This document shows positions 53,094 through 63,598 of a DNA stretch of 64,000 nt, one piece after another (positions within the stretch are counted from its first letter, which is position 1; each line of letters starts with the position of its first letter). The position numbers and the translations under genes are program-made. This DNA comes from Squalus acanthias. Its lineage: Eukaryota. The DNA lies in contig CM059452.1 of the NCBI GenBank assembly GCA_030390025.1, forward strand, positions 8,308,001 through 8,372,000. Direction: 5' to 3'. The notes below the pieces were generated by a model that made no database searches, was not told where the DNA came from, and was given only the letters and a program-made list of their open reading frames with translations.

Positions 53094-53592
53094 ATGTGGA
53101 ACCGTCTCGCACCGCTCCTTATCATTATATCACTTCTCAGTAAGTATTTCCTCCCCAGTATAGCTCCATTCTTCCCCGACTGCTGTAACCCAGGTGCTAT
53201 TGTTGGTGAAATGATGATGATTACGTTGCTTGAGATGACAGTGTTGGTGATCGTGATGATGATGACTATTACTGCTATTTTATTTTAGAATGGAGCCACC
53301 AAGACACAGTGGAACAGCCTGTCCCTGAAATGACGGTTGAAGAGGAAAGCAATGTCACACTAACCTGCACCTTGAAAACAAGCCATCCTAGCCCTACAGT
53401 GTTCTGGTACAGTCAGCGCCCCGGGCAGCCCCCACAGTACGTGCTTCGTCTTATCGGAGAGAATGTAAACCGGAACACCGACTTCACTGACAGATTCAAT
53501 TGTACGTTTAATAAAACCAGCAAGATTACCGAGCTAACGATCGGCAAAGCCCTGATCTCCGACACCGCCGTATATTTCTGTGCCATGAGCCC
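53094..53592 (+). CDS. TRAV: TCR alpha/delta V segment, family A (leader 53094-53139, V exon 53289-53592)
   Basis: Intact frame with an extra Cys in RFNCTF; RSS 53593-53632 with 24-bp spacer; CTCF motif ~53658-53671. Confidence 0.9.
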
Positions 53593-53764
53593 CACACTGC
53601 TGCAGAGATATAGCGGATCCCGTACAAAAACCCCACACTGAGAGTTCCAGTTAGTGATCACCAGAGGGCGCTCTCACACCGATAAACAGAATCGATAATT
53701 CAGCCTCCACAGTGAGAGTCACAGGGACCTTCTGAAAAGGGCGAAAAAACAGAACACTCCACAA

Positions 53765-54265
53765 GTCACCGCTTTTTCTTCTGTCTTAACTCTTGAAGAC
53801 AGCGTCTGACTGACAGAATCACAATAATTCAGATCTGAAAAAACATGTTCAAAGAGGAAAAGGACAGACCAGCGAGTGTTTACAATTCAGATTCAAAACA
53901 TGTTGGAAATTGGAGAAAAGTTGAAATGTGTGTTGATCCACCATCATCATCACCATTTCACCAACAATAACACCTGGGTTGCAGCAGTCACGGGGAGAAT
54001 GTATGTTTACTGGGGAGGAAATACTTACTGAGAAGTGATATAATGATGAGGAGCGGTGCGAGACGGATCCACATGATTCACCCAGAGACTGTAACTCTGC
54101 AGTCCGGGAAATCCTCTGTCGGAGCAGAAATACAGATCCCCGCCCACTGCACTGCTGATTGAACCAATGCCAAACAGGGAACAGCGGCAGCAATCCCTCC
54201 AATAACACAGGGCAGGCAAGGCGGGTCAGAGCGAGAGCAGCAAACAGAAGCTGTGGGCGGGGCTG
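53765..54265 (-). pseudogene. Family-A promoter/leader with truncated V stub (inverted paralog of 10398-10900)
   Basis: Same structure as the 10.4 kb copy. Confidence 0.75.
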
Positions 54266-55948
54266 ATGAAGAGGGAGTGAGAAGAAGGAAATAGTCGCCT
54301 GGTGCTCACTTTCTCTCGCAATGAGCCCTTTCTCTGAAGCGGAATGATGAAGGGGATGGTCACAGGAGCTGTTTTAAGTAACAACGTGTCCCAGTGCCCG
54401 ACTGCAATGACCCCAAGAGGAGTATCAGCATTAAAACCGAACCCGCAATATTATTTAAACTGAGCTGTGGAATTAGAAGCTGGGGACACGGGGTCAATGT
54501 ATAAAAGCTCATTTTAGTGCTGGCACCAGGAAATTCTTCACACACACAGAGTGATTAATGTGTGGAATATACGTCTGGATAGAGTGGCCGAGGGAATTAC
54601 CCTGGAATCGTTTAAGGAAAAGTTTGAGGTTGCAGTGAGGGGCGGGAGTTAGGATCTCTCTGGATGGATGAGACAAGACAAGCCGAATGGCCTCCTTCAT
54701 TCTCAGTGATCTGGTGAACTGCAACACGGCGGGATTTGTACTTGTAGTTACAGGTACTCGCCACCAGAGGGCAGTGGGCGGATGTGTTCACTGTTGGTTT
54801 CAGTGTGAGGGCGTGTTACAGACAACACCGTTCAGTTCCTTTATTTAATAAAGGGATTCTGAAATAAAGGCATTAATTTCAAATGGAAGCGTTGTTTTAT
54901 TTTTTAATGTTAGTGTGAATTATTAGAGTATTATTAATGAGATGTTGTAAATATTTTAATGACCAGCTCTCCTTAGTATCACTGAGCCTATCCGCTGCTC
55001 CCATCCTTCCATTCTGCTCAAACATGTCAGTCATTCCCCATTTCATTCATATAAGACGTGGCGTTTGTACAATTTACCGTATCGTTGTGTTCAAGTCCCT
55101 CGGGGCCCGCTGGCCGTCTATATTCCCCTTTATATCAGCAGTGGGTAGATCTGATGATTAGTGAGCAGCTCTTCTAATCGGAGCCTCCGGCACTGATACC
55201 AGAACAACATTAACTATTTCCCTTTACTGCCCCCACCGCACAGATTGCACCTGTCTAGTGAATTTAGATCCCATTGCATCTGAAAACAGAATGTAGGCAA
55301 GTTGTTGCGCAAACAATATGAGATTAATGTTTTATCCGTTCAGGGACCTGCACTCATCAGTTAAAGACAGCAGCAAGTGGATCGCACCGCGGGGATGGGG
55401 CTGTGCTGATTGTGTCCAGGAAGAGAAGCGAGAAAGGACAAATATACAACCCGTGACTCAGGGATGAGCGGGTGCAGCTTGTCACATGATATTCAGAAAT
55501 TGTCTGATTGGTTTGGAAATACTTTGGCACATTGTTGAGAGACGGAATGAATCCAATTTTAGAATAGTTTGCACCAAGTCTGTTTCTCATTCATCTCAAA
55601 CAATTCACAACTGAATATATATCAATAACATCCACAAGATATCAATCATTGTGTGCACGTCTGTGTTTAATCTGGTATGTGTGTCTGTGTGTGTTTCAGT
55701 GTGTGTCTGTCTATGTGCAAGTGTCTGTGGTCATGTGCTTGTTTCCAATGCTCTGTGTGAGGCTTGTACCTGACACAGGAGTGCGCTCTCTGATCACTTG
55801 TTAAAGAGCTTGCATCTCAAGCAAAGTACAACTGAATATAAGTCATTAACCTCCAAAGATATCAAACATTCTGTGTATTTTTGTTAATGTTGGTGTGTGT
55901 GTAATGTAATTCATATTCTTAAGATTGCAACTATTAATTGGACACAAC

Positions 55949-57453
55949 GGCCCAAAAATTCGGCTGAATACAGGAGAGTACGAACTGTGTGCTCTCGCGT
56001 ATTCGGTCCCGAAGTGCCGGTTTCCTGCTTGCACTGCGCATGCGCGGGAAACCGGCACTTCCGGTATGGCGAATGGGGCGGCTCCTTAGTGAACCGCGTG
56101 CGCACTACAGGCTGTGCGCACGCAGCACACTTAGGTTTTTTTTCAGGTTTCAACGCGAGGGTAAGTATGGAATATTTTACACATGGGCCCAGAAATTAGA
56201 CTTCGATGGTTGCCGCGGGGGTAAGGATCGTGCGCGATCTTACCTACCGCGCCTGTCTTTATGGTTCGGGCCCACACGAACTTCTGGTCCTGGGCCTCTC
56301 CCTGTTGCCGGTGCGCAGTGTGTGCGTGTCCCAGAGGCACAGTTAGTTCGATGCGACCTCTGGGATCACGTGGGCCAGTTAGAGCCAATGGCAGCACACC
56401 ATCTTTCATTCTTAGTTTTGACAGAAGAACTGTCAAACCTATGAATACAACTTGCCCCCAAAAGAACAGCTAAACCTCAATTAAATTTCAAAAAAACCCA
56501 TAACTATAGTTAAATAAATTAACCACTTTAAACAAAAATTAAAATTTTTGAAAAAATTTAAATTCTTTTTAAAAGTTATAAAAATAAACTTACCTTTCTT
56601 TAAAGTCTCTAAAAAAGATAAACCTGTTGAAAAAAATTTCAAATAATACTTAATTAACTACTTACCTTGTTAAAAGGGGGTCTTACGCCTCCTGTTTTCA
56701 TGTGTAAAATCTTCCACACTTACCCTCGCGTTCAAACCTGAAAAAAAGCCTAAGTGTGCTGCGTGCGCACAGCCTGTAGTGCGCACGCGGTTCACTTAGG
56801 AACCGCCCCCTTCGCAATATCGGAAGTGCCGGTTTCCCGCGCATGCGCAGTGCATGCAGGAAACCGGCACTTCGGGACCGAATATGGGTGAGTACACAGT
56901 ATTCGGCCGAATTTCTGGGCCATTAAGAAAGGAGGCGTAAGACCCCATTTTAACAAGGTAAGTAGTTAATTAAGTATTATTTTAAATTTGTTTCAACAGG
57001 TTTATCTTTTTTAGAGACTTTAAAGAAAGGTAAGTTTATTTTTATAACTTTTAAAAAGAATTAAAAAAATTTCAAAAATTTAAATTTTTATTTAAAGTGG
57101 TTAATTTATTTAACTATAGTTATTTTATTAATGTGATGGGGTTTTTTTTACAATTTATTTGAGGTTTAGCTGTTCTTTTGGGGGCAATTTGTTTTCATAG
57201 TTTTGACAGTTCTCCTGTCAAATCTATGAATGAAAGATGGTGTGCTGCCATTGGCTCTCCATGGCCCACGTGATCCCAGAGGTCGCATCGAACTAACTGC
57301 GCCTCTGGGACACGCACACACTGCGCGCCGGCACCAGGGAGAGGCCCAGGACCAGAAGTTCGTGTGGGCCCAAAACACAACGGCCGGCGCGGAGTGCGAT
57401 ATCGCGCAAGATCCTTACCCCCGCGGCAAGCCTCCGAGTCAAATTTCTGGGCC
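55949..57453. mobile_element. Harbinger-type MITE (outer, ~765 bp without the nested copy)
   Basis: TIRs GGCCCAAAAATT / AATTTCTGGGCC; TSD AAC...AAC; empty site in paralog at ~6330. Confidence 0.88.
56186..56921. mobile_element. Harbinger-type MITE nested in inverted orientation inside the outer MITE
   Basis: Perfect TIR GGCCCAGAAATT...AATTTCTGGGCC; TSD ATG/ATT; body is the reverse complement of the outer MITE. Confidence 0.88.
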
Positions 57454-58367
57454 AACGACTTCAGGAATTTCTTCACATTTCACCTTAGTTAGAGAGCGAC
57501 AGAGATAGAATGAAAGGAAAAGACAGAGAGAGAGACAGAGAGGGAGAGAGAAACCGTGACTCAGATAGAGACACCGAGTTAAATAGACATATATATAGAG
57601 AGAGATAATGGCCCAAAAATTCATCCTGGTGCGCGAGAGTACGCACTGCGTACACTCGCGTATTCCCTCTGCAATTGCCGGTTTTCTGCATGCACTGCGC
57701 ATGCGCTGAAAACCGGCACTTCATGTCGGGTCAGTTTCATGGATATGCGAGTAATCGCGTGGGCTGGTGATTCTGCGCGTGCGTCGGAAAATTCATGTAT
57801 TTTGTGAATGAGAGTAGTGTGTGTAAGCTCCTAGCAGTTACACATTTTAAAACCAGGAGCAGCAGCCATTTATACATTTACGGAGATAGTAGGAGGAAGA
57901 AATCCTTTTGGAGTGGGGCTACTGAGGTGAGTTTTTTAAATCTGAAAGACACAAAAGTTTTAAATGAAGTCTTATATAAGTTAAGAATTAAAAAAAAAAA
58001 TTAAAAACGGGTTTTGACCATTTGGAGTAGTATAGCAACTGTGGGTGTGTACAAGGCATATTTAGGTATCTATCTGTGAAAATGAAAGTTTAAAAATGAA
58101 CTGTTTACGTTTCAAAAAGTTTTAAAGATGAAAATGAGTAAGTAAGTATGTATGTATGTATGTATGAATTTATGAAAATGTTACAGTTTTGGAAAATCAG
58201 CTAGGGCCGTGTGGCGGGTAGATGTGTTCCCAAGCTGATAGCGCACGTGTCCCACCATAGCCTGACCTGATATTATAGCCACTCACTTAACTAAAGTTAC
58301 TTTAACAACTATTTCCATTTTTTCATTACAACTTTCAGTTTGAAGAGGAAGCCTGTGTGAGAGAAAG

Positions 58368-59517
58368 ATGCCCTTTTGCAATCGATTCCTGTTCCTCCTC
58401 TGTGGGATTGCGTATCTGAGAATTTTCGAATACAGACAACTAATCAGACGGAGGAACCAAGCCCGTCTCCTCCAGAGAAGGAGAAACTACTACCCACCAA
58501 ATAGAGTGTACAGGCAGAGGCTGTCATTTGAGATGCTGTCGGAGGAGCTGTGTGTGAGGAGGCTGCGCTTCAGTAAAGAGTCAATTGGCCGAATCTGTGA
58601 GATGTTAAAGGAGGACCTTCAAACACGCACGAAGAACCGCAATGCATTGTCACTGAGCATGAAGGTAACCACAGCACTGAACTTCTTTGCAAGTGGGACT
58701 TTTCAGGCAAGCACCGGTGACATTTGCAACATATCCAAGAATGCTGCGAGGGCCTGCATTCACCAGGTCACAGAAGCCATTTTCCGTAGGGCTTCTGAGT
58801 TCATTAAGTATGACTTGTCTGCTCGCCATCAAAAGGAGATGGCGCTTGCATTTCATAACATTGCTGGATTCCCCAAAGTGATTGGGGCTGTCGATGGAAC
58901 CCATGTAGCATTGAAGGCACCCGGGGTTGCACCTGTGACATTTATCAACAGGAAGGGGTTTCATTCACTGAATGTCCAGATTGTCTGTGATGCGCATCTC
59001 AGGATCTTAAATGTGAATCCAGGTAACCGTGGAAGTAATCATGACTCCTTCGTCCTCCGTAACTCTGACTTATATGGCGTCCTCAACGCATTGCCTCCAG
59101 GATCCGCATGGATATTGGGCGACAAGGGCTACCCGCTAAGACCATGGCTGATGACTCCCTACCGCAAGACCAATAATGAGGCTCAGGAGAGATACAACCA
59201 GGCACACGTGTCCACACGGCAAGTGGTGGAGAGGACAATTGGAGTTCTGAAATCACGCTTCCGGTGCCTGGACAGGTCAGGGGGGACCTTGCAGTATTCT
59301 CCTCAGAAAGTGGCAAAGATTGTGGTGGCCTGTTTCGCTTTGCATAACTTTGCCCTGCAGGAAGGACTGACCCTTAACGCTGCAGATGAACTACCTGCAG
59401 AAATGGAGGACGTGGACAATGCCAATGTGCCTGTGGGAAGGCATGATGGGGAAGAGCCAACTGCTGCTCAAAGTAAGGCTGCTCGGGAGCAGCTGGTAGC
59501 CAACACCTTCACGAGGT
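58368..59517 (+). CDS. Harbinger DDE transposase (HARBI1-like); stop codon lies in the N gap
   Basis: RRLRF, ALNFFASG, FPKVIGAVDGTHV, NRKGFHSLNVQIVCD, HDS, LGDKGYPL, VERTIGVLKSRFRCL, LHN motifs; no stops in ~383 codons. Confidence 0.95.
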
Positions 59518-59689
59518 NNNNNNNNNNNNNNNNNNNNNNNNNNNNNNNNNNNNNNNNNNNNNNNNNNNNNNNNNNNNNNNNNNNNNNNNNNNNNNNNNNN
59601 NNNNNNNNNNNNNNNNNNNNNNNNNNNNNNNNNNNNNNNNNNNNNNNNNNNNNNNNNNNNNNNNNNNNNNNNNNNNNNNNNNNNNNNNN
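59518..59689. other. Assembly gap
   Basis: Run of N. Confidence 1.
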
Positions 59690-60180
59690 TAAAGGTACAG
59701 ACACAATTTAAAGTGAAACAGTGCTCTTTTATTGCAGCATTACAGACTTCTGAGGTTCATTGTTGCTTTACATAGTTTATAACTTTTCAATGTTAACTAG
59801 CTACTTTTCAACTTTGTAAACAATCGTAAACAGAAATAGGTTTTTAAAAAATTTGTTAACAGTTCTCAGTAACTTTTTTGCTTCGTTAATGCAGTAAAGA
59901 CATTCAAGATGGGAAATAACTCTTTCCTAAATGTAAACAAGTTTAAATGTTCAATTTTTTTGTGAAAATAAACAATTTGAATTTTTATAAAGTGACTAAA
60001 GGCTGTACTTTTTCAATGAAAAGCTAACTTTCAGTTTCAGTGTCAAATATATATATAAATAAAGAAAAATGTAAACATGTAAGTTTTAAATAAAACTAAA
60101 AATTAAACACTTGAAAAATTTAACCACAAATAAACTATTCCTGAGGGTCAATGGATGTGCATTGTGGAACATGCAACACC

Positions 60181-61794
60181 CTAACGTCTCTTGCGCTTTC
60201 TTGATTGCATCATCGTTGGTGGCTCTTGGACCTGCACTGATTCTGCGCTGGGAGCAGGTAAGGTTGGTTCTGAGGGAGTCACAGTAATTGCAGCAGAAAT
60301 TATTTGCATGAGTCCTTCAAGAGACTTATTTATTTTACTAAGCTGCACTTCCACATCGGGTTTCTGCAACAGTCCTTCAAGAGACTCATTTATTTTACTA
60401 AGCTGCACTCCCACATCGGGTTTCTGCAACAGTCCTTCAAGAGACTCATTTATTTTACTAAGCTGCACTTCCACATCGGGTTTCTGCAACAGTCCTTCAA
60501 GAGACTCATTTATTTTACTAAGCTGCACTCCCACATCGGGTTTCTGCAACAGTCCTTCAAGAGACTCATTTATATTCTTAAGCTCCATTCCCAGATTTTG
60601 AGCTATGATATGATCTTTCATTTCATTAAATGACATGCACAGACATTCCACTCCCTGCTTGACCAAGGTAAGACAATCAATTTCTTTCTCTGAAAGAGAA
60701 GAGATCGATTGAGTCAAGCCTTCAAGATGGTGGATGTGACCATGCATCTCCTGTTCTGCTGCATATATATCTGTGTCTCCCACAGGCACTGTAGTATCAA
60801 GCTGCTGTCTGTTTGGCACAGAGCCAGAGGGGCCAGGAGTTGGAGAGGAAGATTGAGAGGACCTCTCCTGCAACCCAGATTCCAGAACCTCCATGTTTAA
60901 TTCAGCAAAAAATTCCTCCTGCTGCTCCTCCACCACCACCTCACTCGCATCTCCCACTGGCTCAACATGCCCTTCACCAATGACCTCTTCGGCTGCAGAC
61001 TCAACGCACTGCTCATCCCGTGACTGAGAAGTATGCTGTAAACCTATGTAAAGGAAACAGTAAAGATTAGCAAAGGTAAAGCATGATGTGCCACATCACA
61101 GAAGCTATTCAGCACACATCACCTTTGTCGAATCGTTCATTTCCAAAGGGACATCCGCTAAGATATCCAAAGATATGCTCGAGCCTTTCCTCATGTTCGG
61201 TTAAAGCCCTTAACGTGACAACACCACCGCCTGTCAGTGAACGTTCTCTGGCGTTGTGAGCAGTTTTACTCTAAAATTGAAAATGAAAATCTGAAATGTA
61301 AGGGTTTTTACACCAAAACTGCATTGGCACTCACACAGTTAACTCAGTAAGCAACTCAAAGCATTTCAATCAAGATGACATTAGCATTTTATGAGACTTG
61401 CCTGGCTACAAAAGCCATAAAAATTTATGGGAGCATCTTGTGACTTCAGTTAACTCAGCTTAGCAAACAAACACTTTTTCAAGGCTTTTCATTTTAAATG
61501 TAAAGACATTTTAACATTGACTTTTGTTATAACTATACAAACCTTCAGCGTTCGATATAAATCGCTGAATTTTTTGCGACATTGCTCAGCTGTACGAGGA
61601 ATGGTCGAGGTTGCGCTCACACTTTGAGCAACCTCTTTCCACGCTGCCATTTGGCCTTTTCGCGGCGGCTTGGACTTCTGAGTTCCAATTATCCGTAAAC
61701 GTTTCGATTCTACCTCGTCAAGAAGTGTACGGAGATCATCATCACTGAAATTCTGTGTTCTTTTGATAAATTGGATAGTGCTGATAGCAGCCAT
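60181..61794 (-). CDS. Harbinger Myb/SANT-like DNA-binding protein, 3 coding exons (61794-61543, 61270-61123, 61043-60181), ~420 aa
   Basis: NFSDDDLRTLL...AWKEVAQSVSA...RTAEQCRKKFSDL; exon 2 has ERSLTGGG; GT-AG introns (phase 0, phase 1) keep frame; acidic region and C-terminal SRKRKRR. Confidence 0.88.
60305..60590 (-). repeat. 60-bp coding tandem repeat (~4.7 units)
   Basis: KINESLEGLLQKPDV(G/E)VQLS repeated. Confidence 0.95.
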
Positions 61795-61939
61795 TTTCGT
61801 TTGCTGATTATAAACAGTTAAATCTCTGAAAAAAATGATTTCTGGGCTTTTAAAACTATTTAAATTACTTTAAATCTCTTTGCAAATGTTTAACATTACT
61901 CAAATTATACTAAAAATCTTTAAAAGTTTACAAAACCAT

Positions 61940-62682
61940 GGCCCAGAAATTGATCTCGCTCTGTTCCCGCGGGGGTAAGGCTTTCCCGCGATCTCTCACC
62001 TCGCTTGTGCTTTTTCAGATCCAGCTCGCACGAACTTGATGTTCCAGACATCAGCTGGGCAGTGCTTGCGTATCCCAGCGGCGTAGTGAATTCGTGCGAG
62101 CTGTGGGATCACGTGACTCAGTTAGAGCCAATGGCAGCACACCATCTTCCATTCATAAGTTTCACAGCTCCGCTGTGAAATCTATGAATCTTACACCCCC
62201 CCAAAATAACAGCTAAACCTCAATTAAATTTAAAAAAAACCCATCACATTAATAAAATAAGTATAGTTAATTAAATTAACCATTTTAAATAAAAAATTAA
62301 ATTTTTGAAAAAATTTAAAATCTTTTAAAAAGTTATAAAAATAAACTTACCTGTCTTTAAAGTCTCTAAAAAAGATATACCTGTTAAAAAAAATTCAAAA
62401 AAATACTTAATTCACTACTTACCTTCTTAAAAGTGGGTCTTACTCCTCCTTTTTACATTTCCAAAATCTTCCGTACTTACCTGCGCGTCCACAGCATGAA
62501 GTGCACAGCGTGCGCGCAGCCTGTAGCGCGCACGCGATGCACCGAGGACCCGCCCCCTTTTCAGAAGAGCAATTGCCGGTTTTCAGCGCATGCGCAGGGC
62601 ATGCAGAAAACCGGCAATTGGAGTGGGAATACGCGAGAGTACGCAGTGCGTACTCTCGCGCCCCGGGATCAATTTTCGGCCC
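61940..62682. mobile_element. MITE-like unit forming the right end of the autonomous Harbinger
   Basis: Internal TIR GGCCCAGAAATT at 61940; body colinear with the 56186-56921 MITE. Confidence 0.8.
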
Positions 62683-62731
62683 AATAAACCAGAGAGTTCA
62701 CTGTCACAGTCTGCCGCGCCGGAGCACCTGT

Positions 62732-63077
62732 AGTTTATCTGTCGGCTCTTGCTCTAAATACAGCACCGTGTGCGGTGTTATGACCCAGAAGTATTTCCTG
62801 GAATCCGCAGCTGTCAGCTGTGAAACCCTTAAACTGACGGCTCTGTTAGTTTTGGCCAAAGATGAGGTGAAGCGCCGTCTTGCAAAGTTCGCATCGTCAC
62901 TGAACCGGTCGGTGCAGCGGATGAGGATATTCTCCGGGCCCACGGACCGACCCTCCCGGTACCAGGACAGGCAAACTCTCGTCACCTCTGTATAGGAGCA
63001 GGTTATTGTCGCGATCTCTCCCTCCTGAGCGGTCACCTCTTCCATTGGCCAAAGAGCGATCCATCCAAGGACACTGT
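62732..63077 (-). pseudogene. Family-E V segment, open frame but Cys104 replaced by Trp; leader unclear
   Basis: ATITCSY...VCLSWYRE...IRCTD...DSRKYFWVI; RSS CACGGTG, 23 bp, AGATAAACT. Confidence 0.78.
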
Positions 63078-63598
63078 CTAATGGACAGAGAGGGAAACGT
63101 TTAGATAAAGTTCCAATAACTGTGAGTAATAAATCCCAACAGGCGGCGAGATTGTCGCTCACACAACAAAAGCGGGATAGCATTTCGGAATAGGAATTCC
63201 CAGAGTGACTGTATCCAAACAGAAATATATGAAGAGTTGTGATAAAGTAAATAAGGAGAAACTGTTTCCACTGGCAGGAGGGTCGGTACCCAGAGGACAA
63301 ACACATTGAAGATTCTTGGCAAAAGAACCAGAGAGGCGATGAGGAGATTTGATTGTTTACTCAGCGAGTTGTTGTGAGCTAGAATTCACTGCCTGAAAGG
63401 GCGGTGGAAGCAGATTCAATAATGACTTTCAAAGGGGAATTGGATAAATACTTAAAAAGATACAAATTGCAGGAATAAAGATACCTATATATTAGAATTA
63501 ACAGCACAATGTCTAATCACAAATACAGGGACCAGCTGAGACTCGCCCCTGATCACAATGTCCCTCTGACGCGCTGATATGTTGAGCGACGCTCTGAC

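Larger units (their letters stand above)
57610..62682. mobile_element. Autonomous PIF/Harbinger DNA transposon
   Basis: ~110-bp imperfect terminal inverted repeats (57610-57720 / 62570-62682), AAT on both sides, convergent transposase and Myb-like genes. Confidence 0.9.

Noticed and set aside
55846-57724. GC-rich ORFs in the MITEs
   Set aside because: Arise from palindromic non-coding MITE sequence on both strands
57610-62682. Possibility of a RAG-like (Transib/ProtoRAG) transposon given the locus
   Set aside because: Protein motifs, GGCCC termini, 3-bp target and Myb partner are Harbinger; ends are not CAC/RSS-like. Also not the domesticated HARBI1 gene, since TIRs and partner ORF are present
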